From positions 179,041-243,040 of the forward strand of contig CAVWXP010000008.1 in the NCBI GenBank assembly GCA_963759175.1: a DNA stretch of 64,000 nt. Reading direction: 5' to 3'. A program made the translations under genes and the position numbers. Shown here piece after piece: positions 49,748 through 58,367 of this stretch. Every line of letters starts with the position of its first letter. Within the stretch, counting starts at the first letter, position 1. Origin of the DNA: an uncultured Acidimicrobiia bacterium (GTDB taxonomy: Bacteria; Actinomycetota; Acidimicrobiia; Spongiisociales; UBA5794). The notes under the pieces were generated by a model, which made no database searches, was not told the DNA's origin, and saw nothing but the letters and a program-made list of their open reading frames with translations.

Positions 49748-50791
49748 TCAGCGCACCGACAGGCCGGAAGCGATCTCGCGGCGCTCGAACGCGGCGCCGA
49801 CGAGATGGTCGCACAACACCGGGTAGCTCATACCTGAGGCAATCCACATCTTGGGGAAGCCGCTGATGGGTGTGAAGCCCGGCATGGTGTTGGCCTCGTT
49901 GAACACGAACCGGCCGGTTCCCGTCTCGTAGAAGAAGTCGATCCTCGCGAGTCCGTTGAGTCCGAGGAGTTGGAACACCCGCTCGGCGAGCATGCGCACG
50001 AGGTGGGCATCATCGCCATCGAGGTCCGCCGGCGCATCGAACCGACTCGTGTCATCGGCGTACTTCGCATCGTAGGTGTACCAACCATCGGCCACCACGA
50101 CCTCGCCGGGAACCGATGCCTGCGGTCCATCGAGTACGGCGACCTCGATCTCGCGCCCGTCGATCTGCTGTTCGATGATGACCTTCGTGTCGTACCGCAT
50201 GGCATGTGCGACGGCGTCCTTCATGGCGTTCTCATGCTCGACCCTGGTGATGCCGACCGACGATCCCTGGGCGGCAGGCTTCACGAACACGGGGAGGCGC
50301 AGGGAGCGGATGGGATCGGCGAGGGCTTGGGCCGGATCATCGTCCCACGCCGGACGTTCCACGGTTCGCCAGCGCGCCGTCGGGATCCCAGCGGCGGACA
50401 CGACCTGCTTGGTCAGGTCCTTGTCCATGGCCAAGGCACTGGCCAGGACGCCGCATCCGACATACGGCACGCCGCACGTCTCGAACACGCCCTGGACGGT
50501 GCCATCCTCACCCTGGGGTCCGTGCAGAACCGGGAAGGCGACATCGAAGCCGATGTCGTCGGTTCCGACGCGAAGGCGCCCTTCGGGCACGCTGAGGGCC
50601 ACGGGCCTGCCAGCGGCACGGAAGGGTCGATTCGAGGCGTCGGCGAGGTACCACTCCCCCGACCGATCGATACCGACGGGGATCACACGATGCCCGGATT
50701 CGACGAGGGCATCGTGCACGGCAACAGCCGAAGCACACGAAACCTCATGCTCGGCGGACCTGCCGCCGAAGAGAAGAAGCACCCGGGACAT
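49748..50791 (-). CDS. ddl: D-alanine--D-alanine ligase
   Basis: GGRSAEHEVS, PVLHGPQGEDG, GSSVG, NEANTMPGFT. Confidence 0.96.
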   Translation of the reverse strand: MSRVLLLFGGRSAEHEVSCASAVAVHDALVESGHRVIPVGIDRSGEWYLADASNRPFRAAGRPVALSVPEGRLRVGTDDIGFDVAFPVLHGPQGEDGTVQGVFETCGVPYVGCGVLASALAMDKDLTKQVVSAAGIPTARWRTVERPAWDDDPAQALADPIRSLRLPVFVKPAAQGSSVGITRVEHENAMKDAVAHAMRYDTKVIIEQQIDGREIEVAVLDGPQASVPGEVVVADGWYTYDAKYADDTSRFDAPADLDGDDAHLVRMLAERVFQLLGLNGLARIDFFYETGTGRFVFNEANTMPGFTPISGFPKMWIASGMSYPVLCDHLVGAAFERREIASGLSVR

Positions 50792-50839
50792 GGCGGCAGG
50801 TTACCGTGTGCCCCACCATGCACGGAGGTATTCGCACGC

Positions 50840-52615
50840 GTGGCGCAAGCTGATCCGATCCTCGAGTACCGCATCCGGGTCATCGCGACCGGCTTGATCG
50901 TGTCGTGGTTCGGCTTGATCGCGATCGCGATATGGAGCATCACCACGACCAACCTCCCGGTGGCGACCCAGGCGGTCGTCCTCGGCGGTTTCCTGGTGGG
51001 CCTCGTGATCCTGTCGGTGGCACCGTGGCGAACGATGCTCCAATCCGCGATCGGCGACTGGGTGCTCCTGGCGTGGAGCATCATCACGCTCCTCGCGGTG
51101 TTGACCTTCGAGATCACCCGCGAAGGTGCCCCCGCCGGTGTCAGTTTCCTCCTCGTCACGCTCTTCGCCGCGGCCACGCTCATGCCGAACGCCGCGCTGC
51201 TGGTCGTCGGGATCGCCTCGACCCTGCTCTATGCGATCGCACTCGTCGACGACGCTGGACCCGACGGCCTCGACGGCCTCACGCTCGCAGCCAACCTCAT
51301 GGCCTTCACCGGAGCCGTGGTGTTCGTGCTCCTGGTGTCCGTGGGCATCCGTACCCAGCTCGAGCAGACCGCCGATGCGTACAGCACCCTCGTCGAACGC
51401 GAGGCCGTCCTCACGCGCCGTGAACGTGAGATGAGCCAGCTGTACGACGTCTCGCGAACGATCGGTGCCGGATCCAAACTCGACGAGGTGCTCCCGGAGC
51501 TCGTCGGACGCGTCGCCCAGTCGGTGAGCGCCCGCGTGGGCCTGGTGCTGCTGTACGACCCCGAGACGGAGCACCTCAACCTCATGTCGCCCATCTGGGC
51601 CGCCGGTCACACCGTCCCGGCCGATCCCTTCACGCTCGCCCTCGACGACCCGGGTATCGGCCCGCGCGTGTTCATGAGCGGTGATCCGGTCGTCATGAAT
51701 GACACCTCCGAGGCTTCTGCCGATGATCGCCTCATCGGTGAATTGGCGGCCGACCGGATCGCCGCCGTGGCCATGAGGATCGAGAACCGGACCATCGGCG
51801 TCCTCCTCGTCGCCGACAAGCAATCGGCATTCACCGACCTCGACGTCGAGACGCTCGAATCGGTTGCTGCCCCCGCTGCGCTCGTCCTCAATCAGATGGC
51901 CCGCTACGAACAGGCGCGCACGACCGGCGAACGCATGGCCGAACTCGCCGAGCTCAAGACGGACTTCGTCTCGGTGGTCTCCCACGAGCTGCGCACGCCG
52001 CTGACGAGCATCATCGGTGCACTGACGACGCTGAGGCGTCCGGAACTGATGCCGGAGGACCCTCGGGCCCAGCAACTCGTGGACATGGCCACCAAGCAGT
52101 CGAACCGCCTGCGGACACTGATCGAGGACCTTCTCGTGATGTCGCGGATCGAGGCGGATTCCCTCCCGGTACGACCCGAGACGATCGACCTCGAGCCGTT
52201 CATCTCAGACCTGCTCGACACGCTCCCCGGCGGTGATGCGATCACCCATGAACCAACACCCGGTATCGGGTCGGTCGTAGCGGATCCCGACCACCTCACC
52301 AGGGTGATCTCGAACCTGGTCGACAATGCCATCAAGTACGGCGGCGACACCGAGATCTCCCTCGTGACGGCGGTGGCCAAGGGCGAGGTGCAGATCTCGG
52401 TCATCGATCACGGTCCGGGGATCCCCTACGAACAGCACGACCGCATGTTCGACCGGTTCACCCAGCTCCAACCGCACGCGACGCGCTCGAAGGGAGGCGC
52501 CGGGTTGGGCCTGTCGATCGTGCGAGGTCTCGTCGAGGCGATGGACGGACGGGTGTGGTTCGAACCCACCGTCGGTGGCGGCGCCACGTTCACCGTCGCG
52601 ATCCCCTCGGCGTGA
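50840..52615 (+). CDS. Membrane GAF-domain sensor histidine kinase
   Basis: TM N-terminus, GAF, SHELRTPL, NLVDNAIKY, DHGPGI, GLGLSIV. Confidence 0.9.
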   Translation: MAQADPILEYRIRVIATGLIVSWFGLIAIAIWSITTTNLPVATQAVVLGGFLVGLVILSVAPWRTMLQSAIGDWVLLAWSIITLLAVLTFEITREGAPAGVSFLLVTLFAAATLMPNAALLVVGIASTLLYAIALVDDAGPDGLDGLTLAANLMAFTGAVVFVLLVSVGIRTQLEQTADAYSTLVEREAVLTRREREMSQLYDVSRTIGAGSKLDEVLPELVGRVAQSVSARVGLVLLYDPETEHLNLMSPIWAAGHTVPADPFTLALDDPGIGPRVFMSGDPVVMNDTSEASADDRLIGELAADRIAAVAMRIENRTIGVLLVADKQSAFTDLDVETLESVAAPAALVLNQMARYEQARTTGERMAELAELKTDFVSVVSHELRTPLTSIIGALTTLRRPELMPEDPRAQQLVDMATKQSNRLRTLIEDLLVMSRIEADSLPVRPETIDLEPFISDLLDTLPGGDAITHEPTPGIGSVVADPDHLTRVISNLVDNAIKYGGDTEISLVTAVAKGEVQISVIDHGPGIPYEQHDRMFDRFTQLQPHATRSKGGAGLGLSIVRGLVEAMDGRVWFEPTVGGGATFTVAIPSA

Positions 52616-52646
52616 GCATCGTCACCGACGACCCACGATCGGGACT

Positions 52647-53453
52647 TCAGGGAGCTCCGATGTCCGGATCGAGTCCCTCCCCCGCACCCGCCGCAACGGC
52701 GTGGAATCCCCCGTCGACATGCACGATCTCACCCGTCGTGGCCCGTGCATAATCGGACAACAACACACAGGCCATCTGGGCGACGGGTTCCGGATTGCGG
52801 GGCTCCCACCCGAGAGGCGCTCGCACCTGCCAGAGGTGCTCGAACTGGGTGAACCCGGGGATCGACTTGGCCGCAACGGTACCGAGGGGTCCGGCAGCCA
52901 CGAGGTTCACGCGGATCCCGTCACCACCGAGGTAGCGGGCGAGATACCGGCTGACCGACCCGAGGGCAGACTTCGATACCCCCATCCAGTCGTACGCGGG
53001 CCATGCATGGGTGTTGTCGAAGTCGAGGCCGACCAGGGCGCCACCGCCGGCCTTGACCATGAGCGGACGCAACCCGACGGCGAGCGTCTTGTACGAGAAC
53101 GCCGAGGTCAGGAACGCGGTACTCGCGGAGTCGGCGGGTGTATCGAGGAATGAGCCGCCCAGGGCGTCGGTGGGAGCGAAGGCGATCGCATGGAGGGCCC
53201 CGTCGACGCCTCCCCACCGCTCGTCGAGGTCGGCGACGAGTGCCTCCATGTGCCCTGGATCGTTGATGTCGAGCTCGACGACGTCGGCGGGTCTGGGCAG
53301 GCGCTTGGCGGACCGGCGGGTCAGCGACAAGCCACGACCGAAACCGGTGAGCACCACTTCGGCGCCGAGGTCCTGGGCGACGCGGGCCGTGTGGAATGCG
53401 ATCGAATCGTCCGTGAGGACGCCCGTGATCACGAGTCGTTTGCCATCGAGCAT
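52647..53453 (-). CDS. fabI: Enoyl-ACP reductase (FabI/InhA)
   Basis: ITGVLTDDSIA, YDWMGVSK, NLVAAGP, GEIVHVDGG. Confidence 0.93.
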   Translation of the reverse strand: MLDGKRLVITGVLTDDSIAFHTARVAQDLGAEVVLTGFGRGLSLTRRSAKRLPRPADVVELDINDPGHMEALVADLDERWGGVDGALHAIAFAPTDALGGSFLDTPADSASTAFLTSAFSYKTLAVGLRPLMVKAGGGALVGLDFDNTHAWPAYDWMGVSKSALGSVSRYLARYLGGDGIRVNLVAAGPLGTVAAKSIPGFTQFEHLWQVRAPLGWEPRNPEPVAQMACVLLSDYARATTGEIVHVDGGFHAVAAGAGEGLDPDIGAP

Positions 53454-53497
53454 GCGTGTCCCTTCCCGGAGAACGTCGTGCAGACTAGACCAGGTGC

Positions 53498-53869
53498 CTA
53501 CCCGACGTTCGCCCACGCCCGCAGACCGAGTCCCATGACGAACAACAGCAGGATGCCGTAGGTGAGGGCGGGTCGCCTGGCCATCGTCGACCGGTAGAGG
53601 TAGGCGAGGGTGAACGTGATCACGATGACCACGCCGTAGAACACATGGAACGAGTTCCCCGGGCGGACGTTGTTCGAGTACAGATAGACGCCTGCACCGA
53701 CCTGGATGAGCATCACGGCGATGGCGATCGCTCGTGCCCATCCGAACGCCCGTGGCGGATCACGCTTGATGATGGCCGTGACGAGGCCCCAGGCACCGAC
53801 GATGCCACAGGTCACGACGGCGACCCAGAACCAATTCTGGTGGAAGGTCAGGACGGAGTCGAGTGGCAC
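53498..53869 (-). CDS. Small membrane protein (4 TM)
   Basis: Hydrophobic ORF with FHVFYG motif. Confidence 0.7.
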   Translation of the reverse strand: MPLDSVLTFHQNWFWVAVVTCGIVGAWGLVTAIIKRDPPRAFGWARAIAIAVMLIQVGAGVYLYSNNVRPGNSFHVFYGVVIVITFTLAYLYRSTMARRPALTYGILLLFVMGLGLRAWANVG

Positions 53870-53959
53870 GTCACCGCCTCCCGGATCGCCGGACACGGAT
53901 GCGTGGGGGTTTCGAGGGAAGGCTCCATGTGATCATCACGAGGACGGTAGGTTATCGGC

Positions 53960-55183
53960 ATGGTCGAACTCCACCCCCACGGCATGGCCCACGGAGGCGA
54001 AGCCGTCGCACGCCGCGATGGCAAGGCACACTTCATCGCCGGCGTGATGCCCGATGAGGTCGTCGAGGCCTCGATCGTCGAGGACCGTGGCTCATGGGCC
54101 CGCGCCGAGCTCGTCGAGATCGTCGAGGCATCGCCGGGACGTCGCTCCGCCCCGTGCCCGCATGCAGCCGCATGCGGCGGATGTCAGTGGCAGTTCGCCG
54201 ACGAGTCCCATCAGCGGGACTGGAAACGCGAGACGGTGACTTCGCAGCTCGAGCACCTCGGCCGGATCGCATCACCGACCGTCCATCCCACGGCGACGAC
54301 CGGATCCGTCCTCGGCTACCGGAATCGCATGGACTTCCACGTCGTCGACGGCAAACCGGGGCTGATGCGGGCGCGTTCGAACGATGCTGTTCCGCTCGAT
54401 GTCTGCCTCCTCCTGCACCCCACGCTCCAGCCTGTGTTCGACGGGCTCGGCGATCTCACCGGCGTGGAGCGAATCACCCTGCGCTCGGGAACCCGGACGG
54501 GAGATCGGTTGGTGGTCATCGAAGGCGATGTCCCCACGCACGCAGCGCAATGGGGTGTCCCGGTGGTCCACCGGACGAACGGGAAGACCACCACCGTGTT
54601 CGGCGAGGCGATCCTGCGCGAGGTGGTGGACGGCGTGACCTTCTCCATCCCTGTCGACGGCTTCTTCCAGAACAACACCGAGGGTGCCGACGTCCTCGTG
54701 GAACTCGTCCGCAACGCCGCGCAACTCGAGGGCCACGAGACCATGCTCGACGCCTACTCGGGGGTGGGGCTGTTCGGCGCCACCGTGGGCGCGGACGCCG
54801 ACCTCGTACTCGGTATCGACTCGTTGCCGAACGCCGTCGAGTTCGCACGGCGCAACGTGGCAGCCCGCGGGATCGACCATCGCTACATCGCAGGATCCGT
54901 CACGAGGGACATCGAGGCACTGGAGGCCTATTGGGACGTCGCCGTCCTCGACCCACCGCGCAAGGGCATCGGCGTCACGGGCGTCGACGCCGTCACCTCG
55001 GCCATGCCGCGCAGGATCGTCTACGTCTCATGTGATCCCGCTTCCCTGGCACGTGACGCCAAACTGCTGAGCGACGTCGGATACGGATTCGTCGATGCGA
55101 CGCCGGTCGACATGTTCCCCCAGACCTACCACGTCGAGATCGTGGCGACGTTCGATCGCCTGGCCGACGACCCCGAGGAGTGA
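53960..55183 (+). CDS. rlmD: TRAM-domain RNA m5U methyltransferase (RlmD-like)
   Basis: CPH..ACGGC, YRNR, LDAYSGVGLF, DPPRKG, YVSCDP, DMFPQTYHVE. Confidence 0.88.
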   Translation: MVELHPHGMAHGGEAVARRDGKAHFIAGVMPDEVVEASIVEDRGSWARAELVEIVEASPGRRSAPCPHAAACGGCQWQFADESHQRDWKRETVTSQLEHLGRIASPTVHPTATTGSVLGYRNRMDFHVVDGKPGLMRARSNDAVPLDVCLLLHPTLQPVFDGLGDLTGVERITLRSGTRTGDRLVVIEGDVPTHAAQWGVPVVHRTNGKTTTVFGEAILREVVDGVTFSIPVDGFFQNNTEGADVLVELVRNAAQLEGHETMLDAYSGVGLFGATVGADADLVLGIDSLPNAVEFARRNVAARGIDHRYIAGSVTRDIEALEAYWDVAVLDPPRKGIGVTGVDAVTSAMPRRIVYVSCDPASLARDAKLLSDVGYGFVDATPVDMFPQTYHVEIVATFDRLADDPEE

Positions 55184-55224
55184 ACCGAGGAGCGATGGAC
55201 GATGTGCAGCGGTGAACCCGGCGC

Positions 55225-55842
55225 CTACATGGCGTCGAGGATCTCCTGCCGCTTGCGCTCGTACTCCTCATCGGAGATGAGGCCCTCGTCACGCAACGCA
55301 GCCAGCTTGCGGATCGACTCTGCCTGATCCGGAGCGGGAGCCTGCACGACGGTCTTCGTGCCGGACAACTCCATCGAACGATGCTCACGCGTCTTGTACA
55401 ACAGCGTCTGGAAGGCGTCGGGATGCGGGATGTTGGAGAACTTGCTCTGACCTGTCGACCCTGCCGATTCGATGAGCAGGTCACCGGCGCCGAGCATGCG
55501 CTCGAACACGGATTGCGAGAAGTTGACGTTGGTGATCCGCTCGAGGGGGATGTCGACGCCGCTCTTGGCGATCAGGCCGGTTCGCGTGATCAACCGCTCT
55601 GACGTGAGTACATAGCGGGTCGTCCACCAGTTGACGACGGGCCTCACGACGAAGAAGACGCCGAAGCCGACCAGGACGGCAACGACCACCCACACGAGGA
55701 CATCGAGATTCACAGCGACGAGGATCATCGCCACGGAGAGGCCGACGAACCACAGGAACGGGATGAACAACAGTTTCCAGTGGGGGCGGAACGATGTGAC
55801 GATCGTTTCGCCGTCCGAGAGTGCATCTTCTGGCCAAGGCAT
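55225..55842 (-). CDS. Bacterial PH-domain membrane protein with SHOCT tail
   Basis: Two TMs, YVLTSERLI..G, LRDEGLISDEEYERKRQEIL. Confidence 0.85.
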   Translation of the reverse strand: MPWPEDALSDGETIVTSFRPHWKLLFIPFLWFVGLSVAMILVAVNLDVLVWVVVAVLVGFGVFFVVRPVVNWWTTRYVLTSERLITRTGLIAKSGVDIPLERITNVNFSQSVFERMLGAGDLLIESAGSTGQSKFSNIPHPDAFQTLLYKTREHRSMELSGTKTVVQAPAPDQAESIRKLAALRDEGLISDEEYERKRQEILDAM

Positions 55843-55935
55843 GGCGCCAGACTAGCTCCCGGCAGCACCAGCGACGCCGTATACGGGGGAATTCTTCGCG
55901 GCGGCCGATCACCGCCACGCATCGCCCGGAGACGC

Positions 55936-56213
55936 GAGAAACCCCAAGGAAGCCGAAGCCCCCTTGGGGTTCCCGTTGGACCGACCGACCTTTCGGCCAG
56001 CCGCTCCCCGCTCCGCAAGCGGAGCGGCAGTCGTGGGCCGAAGCCCCCGACCCTCCGAAGCGAACCGTGTGACCGGAGTCACCCGGAGGGCTTGCGCCCG
56101 TCCACCCGAAGGTGTCCACGTCCGGAGCGGCCCGTTTCCGGGCCCGTCGGCTTGCGCCGACCCGCTTCGGGTTTCCCCTCTGCGGACCGCCTCGGGGTTT
56201 CCCCCTTGGCGAT
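55936..56213 (-). ncRNA. Putative structured ncRNA A (~280 nt), family unknown
   Basis: About 10 hairpins capped by GAAA/GCAA/UUCG on the minus strand; upstream promoter-like elements; terminal terminator hairpin; no credible ORF. Confidence 0.7.
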
Positions 56214-56219
56214 GAACGC

Positions 56220-56294
56220 ATCATGGTGCCGCCCCTGCACCAAACGCAAGCCCGATCGCTGGTTCGTTTTCGCGTCCTTCGTGGAGTTTTCGCG
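56220..56294 (-). promoter_or_regulatory. Promoter of RNA A: -10 CATGAT (56220-25), -35 TTGCGT (56244-49), CGCGAAAAC direct repeats (56266-74, 56286-94)
   Basis: Same geometry as the promoter of RNA B. Confidence 0.65.
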
Positions 56295-56311
56295 CGGCCC
56301 GGTACCCTCTG

Positions 56312-56935
56312 GTGATGCGAGCCAGCCGTGCTGCCCTGATCGTCGCGATCTCCGCTCTCGTCGCCACTGGCTGCGGGACGAGCGAACCGACCCAGACCAC
56401 GCCGGGTGTGGTCGGCGGTAGCGGATTGGTGCTCTCTGCTGACGGCATAGGAACCTACGCGATCGGCGACGATGCCGACGTGGTCATCGACGGCGTGTCC
56501 GCCCAGATCGGCGGATGGGACTCGGATTCCCTCGAGCCGGGAACAGCCATCGAGGTGCCAGAGTGCGGCGGCGGGGAGGTACGGCAGATGTCGTGGGGCA
56601 ACCTGGTGCTCGTCTTCGTCGACACGGGAGCGGGCTCGCGATTGTTCACATGGGCCTATGGCTACGACCCCGTGACCGGCAACGCCGAGGACCGACGCGG
56701 ACTCGACCTGAGGACGGACTCGGGTGTCCGGTTGGGAACGCCGCGATCGGAGCTCGAACGAATCCATCGCGGCGAGGTCTCGATCACCGACGACACGTCC
56801 GTCGACATCGCTCGTTTCACCGTCGACGGCGACGAGGAGGAGCACCTCGGTGGTCGGTTCGGTTCGACGGCTCCCGACGCCGTGGTGCAGTTCCTCGAAC
56901 GGATCCCGGGGTGCGCCGGAGCCGCATCGGGATGA
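56312..56935 (+). CDS. Hypothetical lipoprotein
   Basis: Lipobox ATGC; GLVLSADGIG, TDSGVRLGT. Confidence 0.7.
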   Translation: MMRASRAALIVAISALVATGCGTSEPTQTTPGVVGGSGLVLSADGIGTYAIGDDADVVIDGVSAQIGGWDSDSLEPGTAIEVPECGGGEVRQMSWGNLVLVFVDTGAGSRLFTWAYGYDPVTGNAEDRRGLDLRTDSGVRLGTPRSELERIHRGEVSITDDTSVDIARFTVDGDEEEHLGGRFGSTAPDAVVQFLERIPGCAGAASG

Positions 56936-56962
56936 CCGGCCACCGGCATCGGTCGTCGACGC

Positions 56963-57360
56963 AGAAAACCCCGAGGAAGCTCGGCCGAAGCCTTGCCCTC
57001 TCGGGGTTCTGCCGAAGTGGATCGCTCCACTCCAATCCGGACCTCACCGGTTTCCCGGCTCCTTCCGGTCGTCCGTCCGTCTCCTCGCAGCGGTGAGGCT
57101 GCCAAGACCGGTCCCGGACCGCCATCCCGCCGAAGCCGGACGACGTCGCCGTCCCGAACCGAGGTCCGGTGCGGCTGGCAACCGCCTTGCGGCGGTCAGC
57201 CGGTGCCCTTCGGAGGCTGGGCTCCCCCTCGAGGCGAACCATCGGACGCCGAAGCGCTCGATGGGGTCGATGCAGGTCTCCCTGCACCGTCGGCCCGGTT
57301 TCCCGGGTGCTGGTCCCGAGGGATCAGCTGCCGAGCTCTCGGGGCTTTCACCCCTCGAGC
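56963..57360 (-). ncRNA. Putative structured ncRNA B (~400 nt), related to RNA A
   Basis: GNRA/UUCG-capped hairpins on the minus strand; 5' hairpin and terminator homologous to RNA A. Confidence 0.7.
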
Positions 57361-57367
57361 GAGCGGA

Positions 57368-57441
57368 AAGGTAGGGCACCCACCAGCGTGTCGCAACCCT
57401 GGGGACTCATTCGTTTTCGCGTCCTGCGATGGGTTTTCGCG
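57368..57441 (-). promoter_or_regulatory. Promoter of RNA B: -10 TACCTT (57368-73), -35 TTGCGA (57391-96), CGCGAAAAC direct repeats (57413-21, 57433-41)
   Basis: 17 bp spacer; repeats at the same offset from -35 as in RNA A. Confidence 0.7.
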
Positions 57442-57506
57442 AAGGTGCGTCACATGGATCGCCCGGGGGCTCGGGATGTGTCACAGCGCTCCGGTACAGT
57501 CGCCCC

Positions 57507-58367
57507 ATGGACATCGAAGCGGACTCGCCCACCCTCGCTGGTCACGTGCCGACCCCCGCGCTCACGACGCTGTCGCCGAGTCGCGCCAGCGACTTCAAGA
57601 CCTGTCCCCAGCTGTACAAGTTCAAGTCGATCGACAAGATCCCCACCGAGCCGACCATCCACCAGGCGCGTGGAACCACCGCCCATCTCGCCCTCGAGCG
57701 TCTCTTCGCCCTCCCGGCACCCGAACGCACACCCGAGCGCCTGTACGACCTGTTCCGCGACTCCTGGGCCGAGCTGAAGGTCGACGAGTACCCCGATCTG
57801 TTCGCATCGGTCGACGAGGAACGCGACTGGGGCATCGAGAGCCTCCACCTGTTGGCCGCGTACTTCGGCATGGAGGATCCGTCCTCGTTCGAGCCCGAGG
57901 AACTCGAGATGGACCTCACAGTCGACATCGACCACATGACCATCAGGGGCATCCTCGACCGTATGGAGCGCATCGTCGAGGTCGACGACGCTGGAACACC
58001 GCGTGAGCTGCTCGTCATCACCGACTACAAGACGGGACGCGCCCCACCACCCCAGTACGCGAACAAGGCCTTCTTCGCGTTGAAGATCTATGCCCTGTTG
58101 ATCCGGGTCACGCGAGGCATCACCCCTGACCGTGTCCGGCTGTTGTACCTCAACGGACCCACCGAGTACACCCTCGACATCACCGATGCCCAGCTCGATG
58201 CCATGGATCGCCAACTGGCCGCCCTGTGGAAGGCCATCGAACAGGCCATCACCACCGACACGTGGCCCGCACGTACGTCACCGCTGTGCGACTGGTGCGA
58301 CTACAAGGAGGGTCTGTGCCCAGCGTGGAACGACCCGCCGGTCGCGGCCCCCGGTGACGATGGCTGA
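57507..58367 (+). CDS. Stand-alone RecB-family PD-(D/E)XK nuclease with four Cys (probable Fe-S)
   Basis: LSPSRASDFKTCP, GILDR, ITDYKTG, LCDWC..C; TACAGT 6 nt before ATG suggests a leaderless mRNA. Confidence 0.88.
   Translation: MDIEADSPTLAGHVPTPALTTLSPSRASDFKTCPQLYKFKSIDKIPTEPTIHQARGTTAHLALERLFALPAPERTPERLYDLFRDSWAELKVDEYPDLFASVDEERDWGIESLHLLAAYFGMEDPSSFEPEELEMDLTVDIDHMTIRGILDRMERIVEVDDAGTPRELLVITDYKTGRAPPPQYANKAFFALKIYALLIRVTRGITPDRVRLLYLNGPTEYTLDITDAQLDAMDRQLAALWKAIEQAITTDTWPARTSPLCDWCDYKEGLCPAWNDPPVAAPGDDG

Noticed and set aside
55936-57360. RNase P RNA, tmRNA, SRP RNA or CRISPR array as the identity of the structured regions
   Set aside because: No GAGGAAAGUCC / AAxxCGGC RNase P cores, no tRNA-like ends or tag ORF, no SRP helix-8 motif recognised, no repeat-spacer periodicity
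57044-57379. Short ORFs overlapping the putative RNAs (e.g. 111 aa minus; 55964-56215 plus)
   Set aside because: Low-complexity R/P/G/S-rich translations without an RBS or motifs; hairpin signal explains the sequence better
57507-58367. Cas4 of a CRISPR system
   Set aside because: No cas1/cas2 or array; linked to adnAB instead
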